Of a stretch of 53,717 nt of DNA, positions 37,255 through 50,270 are shown piece by piece. The position numbers and the translations under genes are program-made. The stretch comes from Chiloscyllium plagiosum (taxonomy: Eukaryota). Below the pieces are notes generated by a model that ran no database searches, was not told the DNA's origin, and saw only the letters and a list, made by a program, of their open reading frames with translations. The DNA lies in contig NC_057718.1 in the NCBI RefSeq assembly GCF_004010195.1, forward strand, positions 34,253,318 to 34,307,034, given 5' to 3'. Each line of letters starts with the position of its first letter. Within the stretch, counting starts at the first letter, position 1.

Positions 37255-37718
37255 AAGGGTTCTGAAAAGATTTACAAGGATGTTGCCTCACTTAGAGTGC
37301 TTGAGCTATAGGAAGAGACTAAATAGACTCAGGCTATTTTACCTGGAGCAGCCGTGGCTGAGGGGTGATCTTGTAAAAGTTCATAAAATCATGAGGGGCA
37401 TTGATAAAGTAAATAGTCAAGGCCTTTTCCCCATGGTAGGGGAGTTCAAAACTAGAGGGCATAGATTTAAGGTGAGAGGGGAAAATTTTAAAAGGGACTT
37501 ATGGGGCAACTTTTTCACATGGGTGAGAAAGTGGTGGAGGCTGGTACAGTCACAACACTTAGAAGGCATCTGGATGGGTACATGTACAGGATGGGTTTCA
37601 AGGGATATGGGCCAAAATGCTGGCAAATGGGACAAGATTGGTTTAAGATATCTGGTTGGGAAGGATGAGTTGGACTGAAGGATCTGTTTCTGTGCTGTCC
37701 ATCTGTATGACTCTATGA
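37255..37718 (+). mobile_element. HER1 3' fragment
   Basis: ORF 37280-37678 MLPHLECLSYRKRLNRL...LRGDL; tatgactctatga tail. Confidence 0.9.
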
Positions 37719-37867
37719 TCAACATGATCAGAAAGTTAACTGTATTGGCACACCTCATGGCTGTCAGGTATTGATAGTTATAGATGAGTTATGGATATAT
37801 CCTTTATACAAGAAACAAACAATGTTGTGTTTTCTTTGTTCACTGTCTTTATTAAAAGTTCATAAAA

Positions 37868-38120
37868 TCCCTAGTGTGGAAACAGGCTATTTGGCCCAAC
37901 AAGTCCATACCGACCTTCCGAAGAGTAACCCACCCATATGTGTTCCCCTACATTTTACTCTACATTTCCCCTGACTAATGCACCTGACCTACTCACCCCA
38001 GAAGCATATGGGCAATTAAGTATAGACAATTCACCTAACCTGCACTTCATTGGACTGTGGGAGGAAATTGGAGCACCTGGAGGTGCTCATGCAGACACGG
38101 GGAGAATGTGCAAACACCAC
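37868..38120 (-). mobile_element. HE1-type SINE, diverged and partial
   Basis: gtgtggaaacaggctatttggcccaacaagtcc...ggggagaatgtgcaaac. Confidence 0.8.
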
Positions 38121-39612
38121 ATTAGTACTGTGCTTATCACTCTGTGGACTGAACTTGCAGCCTTAGTTGGCCTCCTTCTGTGCATTGGATATTTTCTGAA
38201 ATCACCTTCAGCAGAGATAATTCAAATATTGTAGGTGAACTCAAAGCGCTATAAGGACTCTGCAGCTGACATCTTGAGAGACACAAACACATTTGGACAG
38301 CACTCACACTGCCTTTCAGGCCTCTCATTTTCTTACCTTGACTGACTGATTCTACCCAAGACATCATCCCCTTTCAACTCCATGCATCTAGGCCCCCAAC
38401 TCCATCGTCTGTCCTCACCTGGTTCCCTCTTCCATTCTCCATGCCTCTGACCCAACTCCACATCTCTGCCCCTCACAACCCGACTCACCCTTGCTGGTTT
38501 CTACCTTCCACCCAAGCCACCGTTCACCATTCTGTCCCTTGTGTCACAGAATTCAGCAAGGAAACCTGCTAACTTTGAACACTGCTTCATAAAGCTAACT
38601 GATGCATGCTATCTTTAAACAAGAGTGAACTGGATGCGACATGACTGTGATATATTGCTGATCTTATTATGAATGTCCGGCATAGCTACAATGTGCTGGT
38701 AAAATAGCAACAGAATATTTCGATGGTTGTTTTTGACTGACGCAGACATGATGGGCTGAAGGGCCTTTTTCAGAGGTGTTGGTGTCTTTGAATCATTTTC
38801 TCTATGTTAAATGCTAATGAGTATTCAGGAGTGCAATGTATTTTGGTTATGAACCTATCACTGACCAACTTGGCACACTGTAAACACATTGCTTACTTTA
38901 TCTCTGCATCTCAACCCACTGTCAGGACATCAAGGTTTCACATGCCAACTAATTGTGTCAGTCCACATGCCATGCTGCCTACCTTTATAGGTCCACAAAA
39001 ACTACTCCCCCAGCCAGCTTTTTGGAAGAAATGTTACATGCATGAATTACAAAGAGGTCTTCCAGTCTCAAACAAATCAACAGTTCCAGAAACAGCACAG
39101 GTATGATGGGTTGAAGGACCTCTTGCAGTTCTGTAACTTTCTATGACTTTATAAGGTGAAGCATTAGAGGGAGAAATAGTTTGTGACAGGAAGATCTAGT
39201 TGTCACTTATGCTCATTTTGTAAGCCTTCTTGTTATGTCTTGTCTTAATCTTGGAATGAGGTGTAATTGTCTGCTTTTGCTTTTTATCTTTTCTTTCAAA
39301 TTAGGGAAACTACCCCAGTTTAGACAGTACACTAAATGTGAGAAAGTAGTGAATGCACACTCTAACACTAGTAATGATAAGGGTTCTTCATTATAATAAG
39401 CTATTGTCAAACTGATTACCTGTTTTTAAGTTATTTAGAGGTTGAGTATTTTCCCCTTCAAGCCCAACAGTTAGCAAATCATTCAAGCCATTTATTTAAT
39501 TAGTCTGTGTGCCATTACGAACATATTTCCCCTCATGAGCACTGTTCAGATGTTTTGGAAGATTTTGCATATTTCAGCTTACTTGATTTTATCAAGCGTT
39601 CCTTCAGCTTAC

Positions 39613-39848
39613 TCTATGCACCTCTGACCCACAACAAAGTTTGCTGGCTGCAATAAGAAACAGCTGACGATATGCATCGGTGGGGAAGCAGGCAGACTTT
39701 TGTTTTCTAGAATTTGAGGCTAAAGACTTAGTAGGTGACGCAGGTTGTGCGCTGAGTGTATTGGCTGTAAGGTTGGTGGGTATAGCCATGGTTAATTTGT
39801 GGCTCAATGTTCCATCAGATACCTCTTGGGAGGATGCAGTGATAAAAC
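39613..39848 (-). CDS. Candidate second exon, Ser/Thr/Ala-rich (GFITASSQ...KLCCGSEVHR)
   Basis: Acceptor tttcctttcacag|G, open frame matching the upstream exon phase, donor AGA|GTAAGC; no homologue recognised. Confidence 0.35.
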
Positions 39849-39937
39849 CTGTGAAAGGAAATGTTCCATTTGAAACTGAGAGCAGTGTAATTAGTGAGGT
39901 TTTATTATGTTCCACTTTATCTTTTCATTGCACTCAC

Positions 39938-39977
39938 CTGAAATAACTTGCAAAAAGAGTATTGCGTGCAGGTGCAT
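39938..39977 (-). CDS. Candidate first coding exon, signal-peptide-like (MHLHAILFLQVIS)
   Basis: ATG with G at -3, in-frame stop just upstream, hydrophobic core, consensus donor CAG|GTGAGT in phase 1. Confidence 0.35.
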
Positions 39978-40924
39978 GACAATTTAACTGAATGCCATTT
40001 TAATACATTTTAAACATTAGCAAAGCTAAATACAGAAAATCTGAAATCACAAAGAGTTTGGATCTGAAAGGAGGTAGATAAGCATTTTCTAGGAGATCTT
40101 TCAACAGAATCTGTTGCCTTGGATTTCAGCTCTCCACTGAGTCAACAGATAATTAGGTTGTTTGCTTTGTGGATTACGACATTTGAAGTTGAAGCAATGC
40201 AGAATTTAATGTTTTTTTTAATTCAAATCTATGATTTTATATTCAAGAGAAGGTCTAAATGAGGGAAGAAGCTTCACTGATATACTTAAAAATAGTATAG
40301 ATAAATTAATATTTCGATCAGAGTTATGGAGCTTACTATGTGACTTGAATGGACCTCATTGTTGTTGCGTGCAGAGCAATTCCATTGAACAAAATTTATT
40401 TAAGAAGTCTTGCTTTGGCACCATAGCTATTATTTCAATTTGTTTTGCATTCTCTTCGCATTCGAGGGTCTGGTAAAATGTAATTTTGGATTGTACTTTA
40501 TTTGCATATTAAAACATTGATATTTAAGTTTTTGATCTTTTAATAAAAGTACAGGATGTATGAGGTACCTGCTGGAAATATTACTTATCTCACAAATCTG
40601 ATGCAGTGGAACGTGACCCTGTGACATTAAAAACTCAATGTGGCAAATGCTGCTAAATGAGCTAAACTGTGCAACATTAGGTGCAAATTATGGTTATAGC
40701 AGAGCACTATAAACAACCTTAATTCGAGTGAATCTGAGCTCAGTGCAATTGAACTGAAGAAAGCATAATTTATAATTCTGTGAAAACACACAATGCAAAG
40801 TACTTTGTAAATTCCTGGCAGGGAATGCTTTAAAAACATTGCTGTCCAATTCCATCTGAAGGTTCCATTACAGAAGATGCAAATGCTCACCCTGGGTCAG
40901 TAAATGATAAACACAGGAGTAGCA

Positions 40925-41075
40925 TTCATAAAACATTTTTTATGATCTCAGGATGTCCTGAAGTGACTTCAGTCAGTGAAGTACTTTCTGTGAAGTGCAG
41001 TCATTGCCACCTTGTAGGGAATGTGGCAGCCAATCTGCACATCATAAAGTCCCACAAACACAATGTGCTAATGCC
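40925..41075 (-). mobile_element. DeuSINE/SacSINE1-like ancient SINE fragment
   Basis: ctcaggatgtcctgaagtg...gcagccaatctgcac...tcccacaaacac resembles the reverse Deu-domain and tail as I recall it. Confidence 0.55.
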
Positions 41076-41742
41076 TGAGCAACAAGGGGAACACCATTAC
41101 CTGCACGTTTCCCTCCAAGCTACACACACCCCATTCTGACTTTAGACCCACTTTCATTGGCTCAAAATCCTGAAATTGCCTTAACTCTACAATGCAAGGA
41201 CCGCAGCATTTTAAGAAGGCAATTTGGATGGGCAATAAGTGCTGATCTTGCGAATGATACTCAGAATGTAGTCAATTTTACAAAACATAAAGCACTTGTC
41301 AATTTAAACATTAAAGTTATTTAAGAATCACAGTAAATTTCAAAATATAGGACACCTGGTTAAAAGATTTCCACATTCACCATCTGAGTGGCATCTGACA
41401 CAGTGGATCACCCAATAATTGTAACGCCTTCAGTGGAAAATTGGGTGAGTTAAGTAATGGATAAATGACCAAACTGTTCCACTAGATGACCACATATTTG
41501 CTATCGGAAGAAGATTTGGCCCCCTTATTGGCTCCTTATGACTCATTGTATTTGTTACTGCATAGGAGCCTCTTTCTTGTGAGCTTCCTCAACATCATTG
41601 CTATTTTACTGCATATATGAGATATTTTGCATTGCTTTTAATTACATATTTTGCCCAATTCTCTCCTTCAAGAGTTGCTTCTTACTGAATTAAAGTTCCA
41701 GAAATGTTGACGGTTGGTACTTCACTTAAATTCCAATGGGGG

Positions 41743-41788
41743 GTGTGTGTTTCTGTGTGTGTGTGTGTGTGTCTGTCTATGTGTGTGT
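41743..41788. repeat. Imperfect (TG)n microsatellite
   Basis: gtgtgtgtttctgtgtgtgtgtgtgtgtgtctgtctatgtgtgtgt. Confidence 0.9.
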
Positions 41789-41829
41789 CTTGCATCTGAC
41801 CATGCAATAGTCATCCAAAGCAGAAAACT

Positions 41830-41952
41830 AATTGCCCATAGTGTTAGGTTAAAGGGGTAAATGTAGGGGTATGGGTGGGTTGCGCTTCGGCGGGTCGGTG
41901 TGGACTTGTTGGGCCGAAGGGCCTGTTTCCACACTGTAAGTAATCTAATCTA
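41830..41952 (+). mobile_element. HE1-type SINE 3' third
   Basis: Ends taatctaatcta; aaaacta(a/g)ttg on both flanks. Confidence 0.9.
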
Positions 41953-43163
41953 AAAAACTAGTTGATGATTTCCACTTCCATACACAGAGGTCAACTGTAG
42001 CGCCTTACTACTGCACTGACTTAGATAACCTTAGTTCAATTCTCAACTGATATAGAGTTCAAACTGGAAATTTCAGGTCTGACAGCAAGGTATTACACCC
42101 TGAAGAATATTTATTTTCAGAGTAATTAGGAAAGCTTCCAATTAGGCAGCTTGAGGAAATTCAGTCTTTAACCGGAAGAACAAAGCTGCTGGACTGAGAC
42201 TCCATGTTTAAAGCGATGGCATCTCATTGACTGACAAATAAAGTTGCAATGCAGTTTTGTTAAATGCCTATCTGAAGGATGCAACTGTCAATAGACATGA
42301 CATTACTCAAATCACAATTTGTTAATTCTTAGTTGTGCTTGGCAATTACATTATCTAGTGTGATCCATTTTTAGGGCCAAGTCTTAGCTTTTTTCTGACA
42401 TTTGCTTTTCATTTCACTGGCATACAGAGAGAAAATTCACCTGAAGTGGGCACAACTCATACTGGCCCAGGAGACAAAAGGTAACAGACAAGAAAATGTA
42501 AAATACTGTTTCAATAAACACTGGAAATAAATGAGATGGAGCCTCTTCAGTCACTTGATAGGTCACCAGGCCAGTGATTGAAACATCCATGTTAGATAAT
42601 CTGCTTAATCTGGACATTTCTGTAAACAGTGAGGGTTTGAAGAATTCCAGATAGTTACTAACTTCAAGCAGTGTTGATGTTTATTGAATATTCACCTATT
42701 AGCAGTGAAGATGACTTTGAACTTTGCTGTGACTCCTGCCAACAGTCCTTTTAGAGAATCCTCACTCAGTTCCTCAGTGATTCCATGCCTATCATTTTAG
42801 ACAAGCACTCTCACAGGACATGTTCAGCAGCCCTCAGGTAGGGCCAAGCTCTGCAGACTGTCAAATTCCACTTTCACTTCTGACATTGCATGGATTGCAC
42901 CTCACACAGTAACAATCCCTCACCAGAAATATTTGTGTTCATTAAATAACTTTCCCTGGGCTGGTAACTGAGAAAGAAAAGGTGATGACAATGGAAGAAT
43001 GGGTGGCTAAATAAAAGACAATTGTTCACCTTTTTCTCTCCTCTACCTTCACATTGGCATCTTGCATTGGGCTAGCTGTAGGAATAGAGAAATATGTTAT
43101 CTTGTTTTAAGATGTTATAATCAACTGTGGCATTTCTTTTGAAAATGCCAGATCATCAATCAC

Positions 43164-43488
43164 AGTGGCACAGTGGTTAGCACTGCTGCCTCACAGCGCC
43201 AGAGACCCGGGTTCAATTCCCGCCTCAGGCGACTGTCTGTGTGGAGTTTGCACGTTCTCCCTGTGTCTGCGTGGGTTTCCTCCGGGTGCTCCGGTTTCCT
43301 CCCACAGTCCAAAGATGTGCAGGTCAGGTGAATTGGCCATGCTAAATTGCCCGTAGTGTTGGGTAAGGGGTAAATGTAGGGGTATGGGTGGGTTGCGCTT
43401 CGGCGGGGCGGTGTGGACTTGTTGGGCCGAAGGGCCTGTTTCCACACTGTAAGTAATCTAATGTAATCTAATCTAATCTAATCTAATC
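43164..43488 (+). mobile_element. HE1-type SINE, young copy with (TAATC)n tail
   Basis: tRNA-like head gtggcacagtggttagc...gggttcaattcc and HER1-like tail. Confidence 0.95.
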
Positions 43489-44496
43489 AATTAGGAGTGG
43501 AGAGGGCAATATAGGCAAATGTCAATCAATGAAAGTGGGGCAGAGACTGAAATCATGTCACTTTGAGGTAGATTGGGCGTTCGTCGTTGGCGGTGAGGAG
43601 AACCAAATTATTGCTTGGTGGGAAAAGGGAATTTATTGGAATCAAAGTGCTCCAAAGTGACAGGCAATAGGGCTGGTGGGAACTGCTGCTGAAGTACTGC
43701 TAAAGGGTGGATGGAATGACTGAGTTGAGTGGGTGGAACGTAAGGGCTGACAATATTTACACAGGTAACCAGAAAATCAACAAACCTGACAATGCAGTGG
43801 AACAATAGTTAGGTGGGAGACAAGTGGGTGGTAGATAATGGGTGGGTGACCTCAACAATGTCATCCACAATGGGACCTGGTAAGCAGGAGCTGGGCAGTC
43901 TTGGCTTTTCTGAGTGATTTGGGGAGTAGAGTTTTGATGCACTTGATGCAATGTAACTTGAATTGCAGATATATATAGGCTATATGTGTTTTCTTCATTA
44001 GCTCCTTTTATTGTGGGAAAAAAGAAAATTCACTTGTTACCACACCCAAATTGAAACACATTTGTGTTTGTCAGCTCACGGCTGTTGGCAAAACAGACAG
44101 CTTTTCCCTCACTATGATCTGAGTGTAGATTTATGAAAGGCATACTGATTAATGTATAACACATAGATCCTGTCTCCATTTCCCTGTTATTTATCAGGTC
44201 TAGTTCAGGAATATACATGAGATAAAAATCGCTTCAGAGGAAATGTTACAGCAGGCATGAATGCTGCAGTATAAACACTGAACCTTCGCAGGGAGAGAGC
44301 CTTTGATTTCCTTCCCACCTTCCCCAACTGGTCCACTGTAACCCCTGCCTTCCTCTCTAACACAACCCCCACCCCGATACACCACCCTCTCCCCCGCCCC
44401 AATCTCTAGACAGCCCTGACTTTGGTGATGATTAAAAGTTGCATTGTTGACTTCTTTTGCTTGAAGAGCAAGGATTTTGTAATCTTCCAGACAACT

Positions 44497-44796
44497 GTGG
44501 CAACATGGTGGCTTAGTGGTTAGCATTGCTGCCTCACAGTGCCAGAGATCCAGGTTTGATTCCAGCCCAGGGTGACTGTGTGGCGTTTGCACATTCTCCC
44601 CATGTCTGTGTGAGTTTCCTCCAGCTGCTCTGGATTCCTCCAAAGATGTGCAGGTTAGCTGTGGTAAATTGCAGGTGAGGTGGGTTACCCACAGTAAATT
44701 TGGGGTTATGGGGATAGGACAAAGGTGCTCTTAGGAGAGACAACACAGACTTGATAGGCTGACTGGCCTCTATTCTGCATGATAAGGATTCTATGA
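44497..44796 (+). mobile_element. Older HE1-related SINE
   Basis: ggtggcttagtggttagcattgctgcctcacag head with a diverged CR1-type tail. Confidence 0.75.
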
Positions 44797-44887
44797 ATTG
44801 ATTGTAAACTGAAATCCTGCCATCTCCCTTGGTGCCAATGTGAATGATCTATTTATTTCTGCTGTCATCCCAAGGTTGGATCCAACC

Positions 44888-45195
44888 TTGTGTTTCCACT
44901 TGTAAAAGGAACAAGAAGAAGAGGGCATGGAGTTAAAGTAACCTGCAAAAGAAGCAAGGAGGAGAAATGTTTTCGGTCAGTGAGTAAGGTATGGAATACA
45001 CGGCTTGGAAGGGTGGTAGAGGCATTCAAGAGGGCATTGAATGAGTATATGAGTATTTGGATAAAAAATAATGTGCAAGGGTATGGGCGAAGATAACCAA
45101 GAGGTAGGCACTAAGTAATGATGCTTATATAGTGAGCCTGTATAGGCATGATGGGCTGAATGGCCTCATTCTGCCCTGTACTAATTCTGTGATGA
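44888..45195 (+). mobile_element. Old CR1 3' fragment
   Basis: FPLVKGTRRRGHG.KV...KVWN.R.GRVVEA. Confidence 0.75.
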
Positions 45196-45867
45196 TATGC
45201 ACCCTTAATTGATTGATTGCTTAGTAATGTGTAATTATGTCAGCATTAAACTCTTACAGCAGCTTCACTGCTGTTCATGCATGACCCACACGGTACACAT
45301 TTCTAGGTCATGAAAATTAAAGGACCTAAAATTCTTTAATTGTGTTACTTTATGATCTATTATCATCATGAAGAGACATCTAAGTAATTTTTCCCTCACC
45401 TCCCAATTTGCATCAGAGATAGAGCAACAGTCCTATGACCCCATTATTTTTTGTCATGCACTTCGATCTAGAAATGTTTCTCACAGGTAGCAAAGGTTGT
45501 ATTCTTTGTCTTAATTTAGGTGTAACAGCTCACAATTGCGTCTGCGATACCCACAAACCACCACATAATAATAACTACGGAGACGGGTCAGTGCTATGAA
45601 GCAGCAAATTCAAGATTTCTGTAGCCCTGAAGATTGTGAAAAAAACAAACAGACATTCTGCCTGCAATGTGTGGAATTTTGGAGATAGCACTGAGACTGA
45701 AAAGAAATGAAAAACAAACTTGAGTCATCTACTTTTATGTAGAAATGTTAAGCCAGTAACCTGTCACATTTTGTGGCAAATACAAAACAAATCTTTGTAA
45801 GAGAAAGAATGTTAATCATTTTTGACTGTGGTTTTCTGATCTCGTCAGAAATTTATGAACAGTTATA

Positions 45868-46160
45868 ATTTTTAATTGTGAACATATACTTTATTCATAA
45901 TTTATCTATGTGTAATACAAAATAGTTCAGTATGGACATTGCAGAAAGTACAGTGAAATTATGACATTCCTAATTTTGCTCACCAAGTGGGTGCAAAAAA
46001 TGTAACCTGTACCACACACGATAAGAATATACTTCTGTTGCAATTAAAGCTACAGACCCTCGTTATATCAATGACATTAGATAGTAGCCATTCCCCACTG
46101 TAACTTGGCGGCAGCTGCTCCAAGCTTTAGTGTGTCCCTCAGCGTGTAGTCCTGGACCAA
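45868..46160 (-). mobile_element. Tx1/L1-group LINE 3' end
   Basis: Minus strand encodes VQDYTLRDTLKLGAAAAKLQWG, followed by AATAAA and an A-rich end. Confidence 0.6.
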
Positions 46161-46629
46161 GAAATGTGTCAGTTTGTAATATTTGGTTGAGGTTGACTCT
46201 TTGCACGGGACAGACCAAAGAGCTATAATGGCTCAAAAACCTAGCTCAAGAACATGAGGGTGTGTCAGAAATTCAGCAATTTTTGTTTTTAGTTCCATGC
46301 ACATTTCCTCTACCCTTTAAGATATTTTATCAACAATCAATTTTACCAGAACATCATTTGATCCCGTAATGAATGGAGCAGTTAGATATTGGTAATTTGT
46401 CACCAGAAATAGTCAGGTGATATATATTGTACTGTCATCAATTACTTAATTGCTATGGAGACAGTTTAACCAATCACTTAAAACAAAGTCATACTGATAC
46501 TTTGACAGTAAAAATGAATATTCAAAAGAGTACATTCACAATGTAGATAGCTTCAACATCAAAGAAAGTGCTAACAATTCCACAGAAACTGTAAAGATTA
46601 GCCACTGATAATATTGTGAGCTGGTGTAT

Positions 46630-47517
46630 CATAATTTGGAGGTGCCGGTGTTGGACTGGGGTGTACAAAGTTAAAAATCACACAACACCAGGTTATAGTC
46701 CAACAGGTTTAATTGGAAGTACACTAGCTTTCGGAGCGTCGCTCCTTCATCAGGTGGTAGTGGAGGGCTCAATCCAACACACAGAATTTATAGCAAAAAT
46801 TTACAGTGTGATGTAACTGAAATTATACATTGAAAAATTTATTGTCTGTTAAACCTTTCATCTGTTAGAATATCACGATAGTTTTACTTCTTTCGTGTGT
46901 AAATCACAAAATCTTTTTTTAAAAGGGTTAGCTGTTAACAATGGTGATAGCTAGACAATATGTTGAAGGTGTTAGCCCCCGTGTTCTCTGTCTATGCCAT
47001 GATGTTTAGATTGATCCTAATCTAAAAAGTGAGATAATGGAGTTTTACATGAATTCATGCAGTTTTTGAGCAAAGTACAATGTAACCCTGCAAATACAAA
47101 TTCACCCCACAAAATATATGTGTGCATGTGGGTCTTTGTCTGTCTGTATGTGTGTGTCTGTCTGTGTTGGGGGTTGTGAGTGTGAGAAAGCATATGTGTG
47201 TGTGTAGTGAGTGCAGAGTGTCTTAAGTCTGTGAGGGGGTGCATGTGTGAGCGTGGGAGTGTGTGTTTGTAAGGGTGTGTGTGGGTCTCTGTGAAATCAG
47301 GCCTCCCTATGGGTACCGAATTTAGCTATCAGCTTCTGCTCGGCCACTTTTCGCTGCTGCCTGTCCCGAAGTCTACCTTGGAGGATGGTCACCCGAAGGT
47401 CCGAGGTCGAATGTTCTGGACCACTGAAGTGTTCCCCAACTGGGAGGGAACCCTCCTGTCTGTTGATTGTTGTGCAGTGCCCATTCATCCGTTGTCATAG
47501 CCCATTCATCCGTTGTC
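46630..47517 (-). mobile_element. Penelope family 2 3' region (GIY-YIG end, CA-rich UTR, hammerhead)
   Basis: ORF 47297-47488 LPVGEHFS...AEQKLIAKFGT; minus-strand cacctgatgaaggagcgacgctccgaaagctagtg at about 46722-46756. Confidence 0.9.
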
Positions 47518-49205
47518 TTCTTCCTCATGCTCATTCAGTGAATTCTATCCAGCCAGGTTGATACCCCTTCCATTAGCTCCTACACTGATTATATTTCAGT
47601 GTAAGATCTTGAGGAAGGGAATATTTCTGATCCAGTTTGTCTTTTCCAGTGGATAAATGTGTTGCCTTCATTCACAACCTTTAACCAGTAATATTTCATC
47701 TTCAGGTCCCCATTTCAAAATTTGAATATTCCCTTTACTGCTTGGTCACTACAATTAAATAATTCATAACTGGCAAGTGTGAAAGACAACTGACTTGGGT
47801 GATGTTGCCTAGATTTTCCATGTCCTATTGTTACCGTCCACTCTGGAAGTATTGAGGACAGAATCGCTGAGAGTGGAAAGTAATCATGTGGGGGCATCCC
47901 AAGGACAATTTGCCATGCTGCAGAACTGCACATGGAACTGTAACATGCTGTGCCTCCACACACTCCCTCACACTGTTTCCATCTTAACCTATAAGGCCTT
48001 TCAATAGTTCAAAACTCAATGAGTGGAAAACAACAAAGGAGGCACTTCAATCATCACATTACGTTGAAAAATGACCAGCGTTTACTGTACAGGCCAGAGC
48101 ACAATCTATCCACTGACTGAGATGGAGCACTTTGCTTTACAGCACTGTGATAACCTTGTTTATTAGTGCAGTTGTAGGAAGTGGAAATTCTGGTCAAAAT
48201 GTGACCAAGACAAATTAGTTAGTCTTGCAAATGTGAAAGTCCCATTTCATACACACCCACTTAGTGCAAGAGAGGAATAAAGGTCACAGGTTGCTTTCAG
48301 CCACAATTTTATCCTGAGCTTATCAAATTTTCACTGTACTTTCACTCGAACATGTTCTTGTTAGCTATTGAACTCAAATTTCCGAGGTGCCTTTATTTAA
48401 TTTTATTCTGAAGAACAACTTGTTTTGCAGAGAATTTAAGAAAGGACTCTTTATAAATGTTTAATATTTTCACATCAAATTGTGCTCTCCGGTAGAAAGA
48501 AGAGTATTATAGCCCAGCTTGAAGTTCACCTTCATATTGAAAGACATAGGAAAAGGAGCATTACTTTCTCTTTCGGACTTGTATTCTCTTTGGCAAGTGG
48601 TAATAACTTTATAATTTTCTGAATGTGCAGGGTACAATTTACTTACACCCACTGTGTACAATGGGGCAATATTAATGGAAATTTATGAACTCGAGATTTA
48701 CTTTCAATGGCTGGAAAATTGCCAAAATACAGCAAGGCTCCCTGACAGGAGAATGAGTACTGAAAATTAAACCTTGCCAGTTCAACAAATTTTTGACATC
48801 ACTGCTGCATATAACATATTATTGTTATATTATTCCATGTTTAATGTGACAAAAGATCTTGCTCCACTATACAGATAATAAAAAAGACAGAACACATGAA
48901 GCAAATTTTCTAGTCATCAGATCAGTTGGAGAATGAACGTATGACTGTATCAGGATCCAGTTTAAACCCGATCCACAGATCTATGTGTGAATTTCTGGGA
49001 AGTTTAAACTTCTGACAGTCGGTATCCCTGCTCTCAAGAGCTGTCCATGAAATCTTCAGCTCTGAGCTAAAGTTGGATTCTTGGTATAGAACTGGATGGT
49101 TATCCAGGAAATATCAGGCAGATTAAAACCTAGTCTAAGAACTGGGTAACTAAACAACTGATTCTTCAACGGCCCCATCCATGACTCCTGACCTCTGACC
49201 TCAAC

Positions 49206-49772
49206 AAAAGTCGAGAGTGTGTGTTGCTGGAAAAGCACAGCAGGTCAGGCAGCATCCGAGGAGCAGGAGAATCGACGTTTCAGGCAGGAGCCCTTCATCA
49301 GGAATGAGGCTGGGAGCCTCGGGGATGGAGAGATAAATGGGAGGGGGTTTGGGCTGAGGAGAAGGTAGCTGAGAGTGCAATAGATGGATGGAGGTGGGGG
49401 TAAAAGTGATAGGTCGGAGAGGAGGGTGGAGCGGATAGGTGGGAAGGAAGATTGACAGATGGAACACGTCATGAGGCCAGTGCTGAGCTGTGAGGTTGGA
49501 ACTGGGGTAAGGTGAGGGGAGGGGAAATGAGGAAACTGGTGAAGTCCACATTGATGCTCTGGGGTTGAAGGGTCCTGAAGCAGAAGATGAGCCATTCATC
49601 TGTTCTTCCTCGCAGTGTTGGGTGATAAGTGAGTGGCAATGGAGGAGGCCTAGGACCTGCATGTCCTTGGCAGAGTGGGAAGGGGAGTTGAAATATTTGG
49701 CCATGGGGCAGTGGGGTTGATGATTGGTGCGGGTACCCCAGAGATATTCTCTGAAGCGCTCTGCAAAAAGGC
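49206..49772 (-). mobile_element. Penelope family 1 3' region with hammerhead
   Basis: AERFREY...MAKYFNSPSHSAKDMQVLG; minus-strand cctgatgaagggctcctgcctgaaacgtcg at about 49272-49302. Confidence 0.92.
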
Positions 49773-49999
49773 CGCAACAATGCAACTAACACCCCTGATG
49801 CCTCACAGCACCCCGACAACTGTGCCTTGACTTGACTGCCACTAGACCTGATTATCCAGCCAACTACCCAACTAACCCCTGACCTGACCTAATGCTAATA
49901 TACATGACAACCTGACCCGACTGTTCACTGACCTAACGACCCACCCATGCACTAATGAACCTACTAATTTATGCACGTAGTTAGCTTTAAAGTGATGAG

Positions 50000-50270
50000 C
50001 AAATGAAACAAAGGTGAGGAGAGAAAAAGCTTTTTCACTCAGCGTGTTGTTAGTGATTGAAAAGCACTGCTTTGAAATGTGGTGGAGACCAGTTCAATTG
50101 AAACATCCAGGAGGGTATTAACTGTTTTCATGGATAGTAATAGTGCGTTAGGATATGTGGATAACGCAGGAAATTGGTACAAATTAATAGAGCCGGATTT
50201 GATAATAGAGCTGGTGCAGATGTAATGGGCTGGATGGCTGTTCACAGCACTCTAATAGTTCTGTGATTTG
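50000..50270 (+). mobile_element. Old CR1 3' fragment
   Basis: ttttcactcagcgtgttgttagtgattgaaaagcactgc...atgggctggatggc tail. Confidence 0.65.

Noticed and set aside
43164..43225. tRNA-like sequences at SINE heads
   Set aside because: They run directly into SINE bodies and are not stand-alone tRNA genes.
42451..44230. Minus-strand ORFs 42414-42617 and 44030-44218 with possible splice sites
   Set aside because: Weak donors or acceptors, no recognisable domain, and lengths within chance expectation.
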